A stretch of DNA of 64,000 nt from Balanoglossus misakiensis (Eukaryota > Animalia > Hemichordata): assembly GCA_040954595.2 (NCBI GenBank), contig CM082585.2:1550318-1614317 (forward strand), written 5' to 3'. This document shows, piece by piece, positions 13,685 through 24,641 of the stretch. How positions within the stretch are numbered: position 1 is the first letter of the stretch; each line of letters opens with the position of its first letter. A model generated the notes under the pieces. That model was not told the origin of the DNA. It saw only the letters and a list, made by a program, of their open reading frames with translations, and did no database searches. Position numbers and translations under genes: made by a program.

Positions 13685-15179
13685 TAGCGTCAAGGACACT
13701 GTGGTCCCATTTGAGGACATAGCTCATAGCAACATAGCAATAAGCATATCTACTCTGGATGCCAAGATATGGAAAAGTAGGTCAAAGGTCACCTGAGGTC
13801 ATGCAAAATTTGGGCAAGACATTTTGACCCTATACTGGTCCATGTTCAACAAAACAAAACCTATAGCCCTATTGGTTAGCCTGGAATTAGGTATGCACAT
13901 AATTAATGAGATATGCAGGTGTCACAGGTGACCTTCAATTTTGGCTTTTCAATTTTAGTCCCAACCCTCCAAACGCGAAGTCTGTACCTGCTCTGGATGC
14001 CAAGATATGGAAAAGTAGGTCAAAGGTCACCTGAGATCATGCAAAATTTGGGCAAGAAATTTTGACCCTATACTGGTCCATGTTCAACAAAAAGCAAACC
14101 TATAGCCCTATTGGTTAGCCTGGAATTAGGTATGCACAAAATTAATGAGATATGCAGGTGTCACAGGTGACCCCCAATTTTGGCTTTTCAATTTTAGTCC
14201 CAACCCTCCAAACGCCAAGTCTGTACCTGCTCTGGATGCCAAGATATGGAAAAGTAGGTCAAAGGTCACCTGAGGTCATGCAAAATTTGGGTAAGAAATT
14301 TTGACCCTATACTGGTCCATGCTCAACAAAAACCAAAAGTATAGCCCTATTGGTTAGCCTGGAATTAGGTATGCACATAATTAATGAGATATGCAGGTGT
14401 CACAGGTGACCCATATTTTGGCTTTTCAATTTTAGTCCCAACCCTCCAAACGCCAAGTCTGTACCTGCTCTGGATGCCGAGATATAGCAAAGTAGGTCAA
14501 AGGTCACCTGAGGTCACCCAAAATTTGGGCAAGAAATTTTGACCCTATACTGGTCCATGTCCCACAAGAACGAAACCTCTAGCCCTATTAGTTAGCCCGG
14601 AATTAGGTATGCACATAATTAATGTGTTAAGCAGGTGTTACAGGTAAGCCCAAAAATTTGCCTTTTATTTTGGCCCCATTGTGCTCACGGACCAATAGAC
14701 AGTCACTGTACAGGACTATTGCACAGACCAGAATTCCACAATAAGACGTGGACATAGCTTAACCATAGAGGTATAAGTAAAGTTATAAATTTAATAAAAA
14801 GACTAAAAAATTCATAAAAAATAAAACATCCATGATATTAACTTAACACTTACAGGTCGATGTGAGGTTGACATAAGGTACATGCATACCAATTTTCAAA
14901 GCAATCTGACCAGTAGTTGTTGACTTTCAGAGTTTTGATAAATTTCACATTTTACTGGCTAATTTGCATATTTTTGGGCCTGGCAACTTCGTTTGGACAA
15001 ACTCCCATCTACAGACCAGCCTGCACCTACACACCAAATATTGAGGTGTTACGCGCAGCGGTTTTCAAGTTTTTGATGTGGACGGACATACAGACATACA
15101 AACATCCATACATACATCCATACAGACGCAACCCATCCCATAAGGTCCCATGGTATATAGGCCTATACCAATGGGACCT
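13685..15179 (-). mobile_element. HINE copy 2
   Basis: Near-identical to 11114-12608 at offset 2571, only a few substitutions. Confidence 0.9.
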
Positions 15180-18100
15180 AAAAATGACAAATTATCGACT
15201 TTGCAAAATCTCACAATTTCGTCGATTTTTGAAAAAAATCATGGGTGAAAATCATCAAAAAATGACAAATTTTCGACTTTGCAAAATCTCAACATTTCGT
15301 CGATTTTTGAAAAAAATCATGGGTGAAAGTCATCAAAAAATGACAAATTTTCGACTTTGCAAAATCTCAAAATTTCGTCGATTTTGAAAAAAATCATAGG
15401 TTCGTCGATTTTAAAAAAAAAACGGGTGAAAATCATCAAAAAATGACAAATTTTCGACTTTGCAAAATCTCACAATTTCGTCGATTTTTGAAAAAAATCA
15501 TGGGAGAAAATCATCAAAAAATGACAAATTTTCGACTTTGCAAAATCTCAACATTTCGTCGATTTTTGAAAAAAATCATGGGTGAAAATCATCAAAAAAT
15601 GACAAATTTTCGACTGTGCAAAATCTCAAAATTTCGTCGATTTTTGAAAAAAAATCATGGTTGAAAATCATCAAAAAATGACAAAATTTTCGACTTTGCA
15701 AAATCACACAATTTCGTCGATTTTGAAAAAAATCATAGGTTCGTCGATTTTTAAAAAAAAACATGGGTGAAAATCATCAAAAAATGACAAATTTTCGACT
15801 TTGCAAAATCTTAAAATTTCGTCGATTTTTTAAAAAAAATCATGGGTGAAAATCATCAAAAATGACACATTTTCGACTTTGCAAAATCTTAAAATTTCGT
15901 CGATTTTTGAGAAAAATCATGGGTGAAAATCATCAAAAAATGACAAATTTTCGACTTTGCAAAATCTCAAAATTTCGTCGATTTTTGAAAAAAATCATGG
16001 GTGAAAATCATCAAAAAATGACAAATTTTCGACTTTGCAAAATCTCAAAATTTTGTCGATTTTTGAAAAAAATCATAGGTGAAAATCATCAAAAAATGAC
16101 AAATTTTCGACTTCGCAAAATCTCAAAATTTCGTCAATTTTTGAAAAAATCAGGGGTAAAAATCATCAAAAAATGACAAATTTTCGTCTTTGCTAAATCT
16201 CAAAATTTCGTCGGTTTTTGAAAAATAATATGGGTGAAAATCATCAAAAAATGACAAATTTTCGACTTTGCAAAATCTCAAAATTTCGTCCATTTTTGAA
16301 AAAAAATCATGGGTAAAAATCATCAAAAAATGACAAATTTTCGTCTTTGCAAAATCTCAAAATTTCGTCCATTTAAAAAAAAAACATGGGGGAAAATCAT
16401 CAAAAAATGACAAATTTTCGTCTTTGCAAAATCTCAAAATTTCGTCCATTTAAAAAAAAAACATGGGTGAAAATCATCAAAAAATGACAAATTTTCGACT
16501 TTGCAAAATCTCAAAATTTCGTCGATTTTTGAAAAAAAATCATGGGTGAAAATCATCAAAAAATGACAAATTTTCGTCTTTGCAAAATCTCAAAATTTCG
16601 TCCATTTTAAAAAAAAAACATGGGGCAAAATCATCAAAAAATGACAAATTTTCGACTTTGCAAAATCTCAAAATTTCGTCGATTTTTGAAAAAAAATCAT
16701 GGGTGAAAATCATCAAAAAAAGACAAATTTTCGTCTTTGCAAAATCTCAAAATTTCGTCCATTTTTGAATAAAAATCATGGGTAAAAATCATCAAAAATG
16801 ACAAATTTTCGTCTTTGCAAAATCTCAAATTTTCGTCGATTTTTGAAAAAAAATCATGGTTGAAAATCATCAAAAAATGACAAAATTTTCGACTTTGTAA
16901 AATCACAAAATTTCGTCGATTTTGAAAAAAATCATAGGTTCGTCGATTTTTTAAAAAAAAAACGGGTGAAAATCATCAAAAAATGACAAATTTTCGACTT
17001 TGCAAAATCTCAAAATTTCGTCGATTTTTGAAAAAAAATCATGGGTGAAAATCATCAAAAAATGACACATTTTCGATTATGCAAAATCTCAAAATTTCGT
17101 CGATTTTTGAAAAAAAATCATGGGTAAAAATCATCAAAAAATGACAAATTTTCGTCTTTGCAAAATCTTAAAATTTCGTCGATTTTTGAAACAAATCATG
17201 GGTGAAAATCATCAAAAATTGACACATTTTCGACTTTGCAAAATATAAAAATTTCGTCGATTTTTGAAAAATAATATGAGTGAAAATCATCAAAAAATGG
17301 CAAATTTTCGACTTTGCAAAATCTCAAAATTTCGTCCATTTAAAAAAAAAAAACATGGGGGAAAATCATCAAAAAATGACAAATTTTCGACTTTGCAAAA
17401 TCTCAAAATTTCGTCGATTTTTGAAAAAAAATCATGGGTGAAAATCATCAAAAAATGACAAATTTTCGTCTTTGCAAAATCTCAAAATTTCGTCCATTTT
17501 AAAAAAAAAACATGGGGCAAAATCATCAAAAAATGACAAATTTTCGACTTTGCAAAATCTCAAAATTTCGTCGATTTTTGAAAAAAAATCATGGGTGAAA
17601 ATCATCAAAAAATGACAAATTTTCGTCTTTGCAAAATCTCAAAATTTCGTCCATTTTTGAATAAAAATCATGGGTAAAAATCATCAAAAATGACAAATTT
17701 TCGTCTTTGCTATATCTCAAAATTTCGTCGGTTTTTGAAAAATAATATGGGTGAAAATCATCAAAAAATGACAAATTTTCGACTTTGCAAAATCTTAAAA
17801 TTTCGTCGATTTTTGAAAAAAATCATGGGTGAAAATCATCAAAAAATGACAAATTTTCGACTTTGCAAAATCTCAAAATTTCGTCAATATTTGAAAAATT
17901 CATGGGTAAAAATCATCAAAAAATGACAAATTTTCGTCTTTGCTAAATCTCAAAATTTCGTCGGTTTTTGAAAAATAATATGGGTGAAAATCATCAAAAA
18001 ATGACAAATTTTCGACTTTGCAAAATCTCAAAATTTCGCCCATTTTTGAAAAAAAATCATGGGTAAAAATCATCAAAAAATGACAAATTTTCGTCTTTGC

Positions 18101-18803
18101 AAAATCTCAAAATTTCGTCCATTTTAAAAAAAAAACATGGGGGAAAATCATCAAAAAATGACAAATTTTCGACTTTGCAAAATCTCAAAATTTCGTGGAT
18201 TTTTGAAAAAAAATCATGGGTGAAAATCATCAAAAAATGACAAATTTTCGTCTTTGCAAAATCTCAAAATTTCGTCCATTTTTGAATAAAAATCATGGGT
18301 AAAAATAATCAAAAATGACAAATTTTCGTCTTTGCAAAATCTCAAATTTTCGTCGATTTTTGAAAAAAAATCATGGGAGAAAATCATCAAAAAATGACAA
18401 ATTTTCGACTTTGCAAAATCTCAACATTTCGTCGATTTTTGAAAAAAATCATGGGTGAAAATCATCAAAAAATGACAAATTTTCGACTTTGCAAAATCTC
18501 AACATTTCGTCGATTTTTGAAAAAAATCATGGGTGAAAATCATCAAAAAATGACAAATTTTCGACTTTGCAAAGTCTCAACATTTCGTCGATTTTTGAAA
18601 AAATCATGGGTGAAAATCATCAAAAAATGACAAAATTTTCGACTTTGCAAAATCTCAAAATTTCGTCGATTTTGAAAAAAATCATAGGTTCGTCGATTTT
18701 TTAAAAAAAAACATGGGTGAAAATCATCAAAAAATGACAAATTTTTGACTTTGCAAAATCTCACAATTTCGTCGATTTTCGTCCATTTAAAAAAAAAATC
18801 ATG
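15180..18803. repeat. 78-bp satellite, block 3
   Basis: Same monomer; 16250-18360 is enriched for cgtctttg/cgtccatt variants. Confidence 0.97.
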
Positions 18804-18967
18804 TAGGTAACATTGCGATCAACGGCATAATGTTACCCAATTAAGCAACTCGAAAAGGGGCGCCCTCAACCTCAAACGAGCCTCAAAAATCCCATAATCC
18901 ATCACTCACGGCCACTTCAAGGGTTCGGAGCGTGTCCTGCAGTGCTCGCTCTCTCTGCCTCAATTTC
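18804..18967 (+). repeat. Split direct repeat A1 (164 bp)
   Basis: taggtaacattgcg...tgcctcaatttc, repeated at 24461, 30852, 36509; begins with a 9-bp stem ggtaacatt/aatgttacc (18806-18837). Confidence 0.9.
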
Positions 18968-18984
18968 AATTTCTCACCGTTATT

Positions 18985-20901
18985 ATGGAGAACGCTGAAC
19001 AACAGCTGCTGGATTTGGGAATAGAGCCCAGTCCAGTCGCCAAAAAGGGACCTGCAACTCGCAGTAAGACTACGACAAGAGCATCGACCGGTCGAAAAGT
19101 TCGCGTGGTCCCCCCCACCAAACTTTCCAAAGTACCAATGGCGTCAGCTCGTTCGAAAGGCGGGAAATGTAGCAAACCTGTCAAGGAAGAAGACACTTCA
19201 TCTGACGGGGAAGATGTGAGGTCAGAGAAAGAGAAGTTGCAGGCGGAGATAGCGAGACTGCAGGAGCAATCTGAAGTAGACAATTTAAGAAAACAACTAA
19301 AAGAAATGAAACTGGAGAAGGAACGACGCAGCCCGCCAGCCGCTTCGAGCGGAAGTCCCAGAAGTCACGACCTGAGTCAACTCACGCTACCCGATCTCAA
19401 GAGGATGGCGAAAGAAGACTCACAATTGCAGTGGTCGTTACCATCAGGCAGTCCGTGGCTACCAGCGACAGGGGCCGCTGGCGGCGGTGAAGACCTCCAA
19501 CCGAACCAACTCCTGGCACAGTCCGGTTTATACACAGCAGCGCAGAGCAAAGCAGGTAACGTACCAATGAAATCGATGCGGTTCAACACCAGAACCGATC
19601 GTGTGCGACAGCACGTCCTATGGCCGCACATGTTCGTCAGGGCTCGGTCATTCTCGGGCGCCCCACCAAAATTCGATGATATGTCAATGGCGGAATTTGT
19701 GGAAGGTAATCTCGCGATAGTGCAACTTCCTACTTTGAGTGACACAGAGAAACAGCAGCGATTACAACACTTACAGTCGCTTATGAAAGACGCCAATTTG
19801 TTTCCCTGGGACGCCATCTTGAAGTTCGAGGGCGCGCTCCTCTCTGACATGGAGTCAGGACTCAGAACATGGGCAAATGACACCGCAGATCTGAGAGAGC
19901 TATATTTGCTGCCGCGTATCGGCAAGATCAGACGGGATAAAACAGCGGACAAATCCAAAAAGAAGGATCAGATTAATGTATGTTTCAAATACCAAAGTAA
20001 CAAGTGCGAGAAGGAGGATTGCGCATTCAAACACATATGTGAAGCCTGCATGAAGTTGCGTAACAACCTGGCCAAGCATCCCAAGATTGCCAGCCCCTGG
20101 AAGGATAAGGCCTTTAGAGAGCAAGAGAGCAACAAGTTGACCGATAGTTCTGGCAAAGCAGAGGTAGATAAGTCTAAACAAGACTCTCATGACTGTGACA
20201 GCAATTTAATTCCTAAATTGAACCATAGAGTCAAAAGTGCAGGCACGGAGTGTAATATCAATGACTTTTATACATTGATGGGCATCACAGATCAGGCAGT
20301 GCACAAGTGTGATCGCTCTGTACAAACTGACATGGAGATTGATATTTCAAGAAGCCTGTCAATGTGCAACCCGGAGGTTTTGCGGGATGCTATTGTTAAC
20401 CCTAGTAGTATTTCTGAACCAGTGCTTTCGATTGACGAGCCAGTAACATGTACCATTGCCAATGTTGCCTCTGAATATACAGGTTGTTTTGATACCTCTG
20501 TTAGCAGGGATAATGTTGACAAATACCTTTGTAAAACTCATACAGTTGATTTGATAGAACCTGATATTGAGACTGATCTTGACAAGCAAATCCCTATTGA
20601 ATCACTAGCCCATACCGTCGGTGATACCACTGAATTTGCATGTGAGATTAGCGCTCATGGTTCATCTGACGGTATGATCAGTGATGACCACGATGTCTTT
20701 GTTAGTGATATGTTTACTGTGGAAAATGTTCCAAATATGGGGCCTCCCAACCCCACCCTTGTTGATCACAGTGTTCCAGACACTTATCCACTGGGCAATG
20801 ATATGCAGTATTCTGAGTTATCAGATACTCCCGTGGGCGGGGATGTCTGTCCCCCGTCGTCATGGCCACAAGGGTCACCCCTTGATTTAAAGCAGAGGTA
20901 G
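18985..20901 (+). CDS. ORF1 gag-like protein (coiled coil, Cys/His zinc-finger-like motif) extended by the 734-bp repeat, unit 1
   Basis: 638 aa; WPH...FDDMSMAEFVEG motif and CFKYQSNKC..C..KHIC..C..H region resemble DIRS/Ngaro ORF1; lies between repeat A and RT. Confidence 0.8.
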   Translation: MENAEQQLLDLGIEPSPVAKKGPATRSKTTTRASTGRKVRVVPPTKLSKVPMASARSKGGKCSKPVKEEDTSSDGEDVRSEKEKLQAEIARLQEQSEVDNLRKQLKEMKLEKERRSPPAASSGSPRSHDLSQLTLPDLKRMAKEDSQLQWSLPSGSPWLPATGAAGGGEDLQPNQLLAQSGLYTAAQSKAGNVPMKSMRFNTRTDRVRQHVLWPHMFVRARSFSGAPPKFDDMSMAEFVEGNLAIVQLPTLSDTEKQQRLQHLQSLMKDANLFPWDAILKFEGALLSDMESGLRTWANDTADLRELYLLPRIGKIRRDKTADKSKKKDQINVCFKYQSNKCEKEDCAFKHICEACMKLRNNLAKHPKIASPWKDKAFREQESNKLTDSSGKAEVDKSKQDSHDCDSNLIPKLNHRVKSAGTECNINDFYTLMGITDQAVHKCDRSVQTDMEIDISRSLSMCNPEVLRDAIVNPSSISEPVLSIDEPVTCTIANVASEYTGCFDTSVSRDNVDKYLCKTHTVDLIEPDIETDLDKQIPIESLAHTVGDTTEFACEISAHGSSDGMISDDHDVFVSDMFTVENVPNMGPPNPTLVDHSVPDTYPLGNDMQYSELSDTPVGGDVCPPSSWPQGSPLDLKQR

Positions 20902-21624
20902 ATAAGTCTAAACAAGACTCTCATGACTGTGACAGCAATTTAATTCCTAAATTGAACCATAGAGTCAAAAGTGCAGGTACGGAGTGTAATATCAATGACT
21001 TTTATACATTGATGGGCATCACAGATCAGGCAGTGCACAAGTGTGATCGCTCTGTACAAACTGACATGGAGATTGATATTTCAAGAAGCCTGTCAATGTG
21101 CAACCCGGAGGTTTTGCGGGATGCTATTGTTAACCCTAGTAGTATTTCTGAACCAGTGCTTTCGATTGACGAGCCAGTAACATGTACCATTGCCAATGTT
21201 GCCTCTGAACACACAGGTTGTTTTGATACCTCTGTTAGCAGGGATAATGTTGACAAATACCTTTGTAAAACTCATACAGTTGATTTGATAGAACCTGATA
21301 TTGAGACTGATCTTGACAAGCAAATCCCTATTGAATCACTAGCCCATACCGTCGGTGATACCACTGAATTTGCATGTGAGATTAGCGCTCATGGTTCATC
21401 TGACGGTATGATCAGTGATGACCACGATGTCTTTGTTAGTGACATGTTTACTGTGGAAAATGTTCCAAATATGGGGCCTCCCAACCCCACCCTTGTTGAT
21501 CACAGTGTTCCAGACACTTATCCACTGGGCAATGATATGCAGTATTCTGAGTTATCAGATACTCCCGTGGGCGGGGATGTCTGTCCCCCGTCGTCATGGC
21601 CACAAGCGTCACCCCCTGATTTAA
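20155..21624 (+). repeat. 734-bp internal tandem duplication (2 copies), unit 1
   Basis: aaagcagaggtagataagtc...tgattt repeated at offset 734. Confidence 0.95.
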
Positions 21625-23291
21625 CAGAAGTTATAACCGTTCATGACATAGTTGTTGAATCAGGTTTACCAAATTCTCAATTTTGCAGAATACCCGTTTC
21701 ATCAAATCTTCAAATCCCAATTTGGCGAGCCGAATTGCAGCAATATGATGACAAAATCATCTGCGATTACCTACAATATGGTTGGCCCGTCTACTATACA
21801 GCCTCAGAATTGCCATACTCTACAGTGAAAAACCACCCATCAGCTATAAATTACTCGGCGCATGTCGACAACTGGATCATTAACGAAGTCGCAGCCGGGG
21901 CTACAGCGGGTCCGTTCTTAACTAACCCCCTTGCCACACCACTCAGTACTTCCCCCATTCAGACTGTCGAAAAAAAAGATAGTGTTAATCGGCGTATAGT
22001 CTTTGATCTTAGTTCCCCAATCCACCATTCAGTAAATGACGGTATCCCCAAAGGGGAATATCTTGGGGAGAGTTTTCAGCTTCAATATCCTTCCATTGAT
22101 GATTTCACTGCAATGATGACCAGTAAGGGCAGGGGATGCCTCCTATTTAAGCGCGATTTAAGCAGAGCTTATCGGCAAATACCAGTCGATCCAGCGGACT
22201 ACCATTTGCTGGGCTACACGTGGCGTAATTTATTGTTCTTTGACCTTACATTGCCATTTGGCTTGCGAACCGCAGCGCTAGCCTGCCAGCGCACCACTAA
22301 TGCGGTTTCTTATATCTATTCCACGAAAGGGTATGACTGTGTTAATTACCTTGACGACTTCGGTGGTGCAGAGACCTCCAACAAAGCCCACAAGGCATTT
22401 GCGGAGCTAGGTGACACGCTGGATAGACTGGGTTTGCAAGAAGCCAAACACAAAGCGGTGCCCCCGTCATCAATCATGACTTTTCTTGGAATCCAGTTGA
22501 ACTCCCTTACAATGACTATGGAAGTTACTCCTGACCGGCTTAATGAAATAGAGCAAGAGCTGGGTGTATGGGTCACTAAAACAAAAGCAACTAAGCGCGA
22601 GCTGCAATCACTCATAGGCAAGCTTTCCTTTATTGCCAAATGTGTCAAGCCTGGTAGGCTATTCCTGGCGAGAATGCTAGATGTGTTGCGTACCGTCACC
22701 CGCAATCACTACCATATCTATCTAAACAGTGATTTCAAGGCAGATCTACGGTGGTGGATTAATTTCATTAGGGTTTATAATGGGGTGTCTCTCATTAAAG
22801 AGTCAGGTTGGTGCCCGCCAGATGAAATATTTTCTTCGGATGCATGCCCAACAGGGGGAGGGGGGCTTTGCGACAACGAGTATTTCCACGTGGAGTTCCC
22901 TGACTTTGTAAAGGTTGGGGACCCTCACATTAATGCCCTCGAATTACTCACTATTACTATAGCGGCAAAAATTTGGGGTGATAGATGGTCTGGAAAGAAA
23001 ATACAGGTCTCTTGCGACAACCAGGCAACAGTTTGGGTCATTAATACCGGTAGAGCTAGGGATAAACTAATGATGTCTTGCTTGAGGGAATTATGGCTGG
23101 TAGCAGCGATTCACGAGTTTGAGCTACGTGCTGTGCACATCGCAGGCACCGAGAACCGGCTGGCTGATGCGCTCAGTCGCTGGCATCTTGACCCAAGTTA
23201 TGAGCAACTCTTCAAATCATCTGTTAATATTTCTCAAATGACCGAGCACCCAGTCGCCGAGGATGACATTCGCTTTCTCAATGAGTGGTGA
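20952..23291 (+). CDS. Reverse transcriptase-RNase H, unit 1
   Basis: KRDLSRAYRQIP, LPFGLR, YLDDF motifs; RNase H SDAC, HINALEL, CDNQA, NRLADALSR. True start uncertain (TTG call). Confidence 0.95.
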   Translation: MNHRVKSAGTECNINDFYTLMGITDQAVHKCDRSVQTDMEIDISRSLSMCNPEVLRDAIVNPSSISEPVLSIDEPVTCTIANVASEHTGCFDTSVSRDNVDKYLCKTHTVDLIEPDIETDLDKQIPIESLAHTVGDTTEFACEISAHGSSDGMISDDHDVFVSDMFTVENVPNMGPPNPTLVDHSVPDTYPLGNDMQYSELSDTPVGGDVCPPSSWPQASPPDLTEVITVHDIVVESGLPNSQFCRIPVSSNLQIPIWRAELQQYDDKIICDYLQYGWPVYYTASELPYSTVKNHPSAINYSAHVDNWIINEVAAGATAGPFLTNPLATPLSTSPIQTVEKKDSVNRRIVFDLSSPIHHSVNDGIPKGEYLGESFQLQYPSIDDFTAMMTSKGRGCLLFKRDLSRAYRQIPVDPADYHLLGYTWRNLLFFDLTLPFGLRTAALACQRTTNAVSYIYSTKGYDCVNYLDDFGGAETSNKAHKAFAELGDTLDRLGLQEAKHKAVPPSSIMTFLGIQLNSLTMTMEVTPDRLNEIEQELGVWVTKTKATKRELQSLIGKLSFIAKCVKPGRLFLARMLDVLRTVTRNHYHIYLNSDFKADLRWWINFIRVYNGVSLIKESGWCPPDEIFSSDACPTGGGGLCDNEYFHVEFPDFVKVGDPHINALELLTITIAAKIWGDRWSGKKIQVSCDNQATVWVINTGRARDKLMMSCLRELWLVAAIHEFELRAVHIAGTENRLADALSRWHLDPSYEQLFKSSVNISQMTEHPVAEDDIRFLNEW

Positions 23292-24310
23292 CTGATTTTA
23301 TTTTTATTTCAGATCACTGCCAAACTATCCAAGCCTTAGACGCTCAAATCGCTATCTCAATGAGGTCAGCATTAGCGGAAGGAACTCGTCGGAATTTGTC
23401 GTCACAGTTGAAGAGTTACTTCCTGTTTTGTCAGTTTTTCAATTATACTCCTGTTCCAGCATCTGTTCTTACAGTGTGTAGATTTATCCAGTTTCTTGCA
23501 AGATCAGTAACTGCTACTGGCACCATTCAGAATTATTTGTACGCAATTCGTACCTTGCATAGAATCCATGGCTTCACGCCATTGGCCGCTGATCAGTATG
23601 TTGTCAAATTACTTTTGAAATGTCTTTCCCGTAGCACTTTCCAGCCAGTGAGGCAGAAATTACCCATCACCCCCCAGTTGTTGCTACAGTTTTTCGGGCT
23701 TCTAGATGTGGCTGTTCCATTCGATGTTACTTTGTGGGCATGCCTTTTGATAGGGTTTTTCTCCTTTTTTCGCAAGTCAAATCTTGTTCCGAAGTCTGCA
23801 ACCGACTTTGATCCGGCTAAACACCTCTGTAGGGGTAAAGTCATTTCCTCAGATTCTGGCCTTATAATCGGCGTGACTTGGTCAAAAACCATTCAGTTTC
23901 GCGAACGCTGTTTGACTATTCCACTTGCCCGCATTCCAGGTTCGGTGTTGTGCCCTTTACAGGCATACAATCACATGTGTGAGATCATCCCAGCCCCACC
24001 CTCTAGCCCAGCATTTGTTTTTCCCAAATGTGGCAAATTGGTCCCCTTGACCCATTCAGGGCTGGTGAAAAGTATCAAATGTTTAGTTCAGAGGGCAGGC
24101 TTTCCTGCTGACATGTACTCGGGTCACAGCCTCCGTCGTGGGGGTGCAACCTTTGCATTCGAAAGTGGGGTCCCTGGGGAGCTTATCAAACTCCAAGGGG
24201 ATTGGCAATCCAGCGCGTATCTCCGTTATCTTAACATTCCATTTCAGACTCGTTATCTGGTGTCCTTTCAAATGGGTCAGCATATTAAAGACATCTCCGC
24301 GTCACACTGA
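23285..24310 (+). CDS. Tyrosine recombinase, unit 1
   Basis: FFRKSNL, WSKT, HSLRRGGA, GDW, YLRY catalytic residues; start uncertain (probable splice acceptor at 23312). Confidence 0.95.
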   Translation: MVTDFIFISDHCQTIQALDAQIAISMRSALAEGTRRNLSSQLKSYFLFCQFFNYTPVPASVLTVCRFIQFLARSVTATGTIQNYLYAIRTLHRIHGFTPLAADQYVVKLLLKCLSRSTFQPVRQKLPITPQLLLQFFGLLDVAVPFDVTLWACLLIGFFSFFRKSNLVPKSATDFDPAKHLCRGKVISSDSGLIIGVTWSKTIQFRERCLTIPLARIPGSVLCPLQAYNHMCEIIPAPPSSPAFVFPKCGKLVPLTHSGLVKSIKCLVQRAGFPADMYSGHSLRRGGATFAFESGVPGELIKLQGDWQSSAYLRYLNIPFQTRYLVSFQMGQHIKDISASH

Positions 24311-24354
24311 TTTTACTGTGGCACTAGCAGAGAGGCGGACCGGGTTTGGCAGTG

Positions 24355-24460
24355 GTTGGGCCTGCAAGAGCCCCCAGTTCACGTAAATAAATAATGGCTC
24401 TTGCCTTCAGCTGCCAAACCTGTGTCCTTGGTTTGTGTGTTAGAGAGATCTCAAGTAATT
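24355..24460 (+). repeat. Split direct repeat B1 (106 bp)
   Basis: gttgggcctgcaagagc...ctcaagtaatt; also at 30746, 36403 and, as B2, 36821; contains AATAAA. Confidence 0.9.
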
Positions 24461-24641
24461 TAGGTAACATTGCGATCAACGGCATAATGTTACCCAATTA
24501 AGCAACTCGAAAAGGGGCGCCCTCAACCTCAAACGAGCCTCAAAAATCCCATAATCCATCACTCACGGCCACTTCAAGGGTTCGGAGCGTGTCCTGCAGT
24601 GCACGCTCTCTCTGCCTCAATTTCAATTTCTCACCGTTATT

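Noticed and set aside
5-18764. Many ORFs encoding MGENHQKMTNFRLCKISTFRRFLKKI repeats
   Set aside because: Consequence of a 78-bp (26-codon) monomer with one stop-free frame; constantly broken by A-run indels
19377-19958. Antisense ORFs within the Ngaro units
   Set aside because: Shadows of the sense ORFs; repeated only because the units are near-identical
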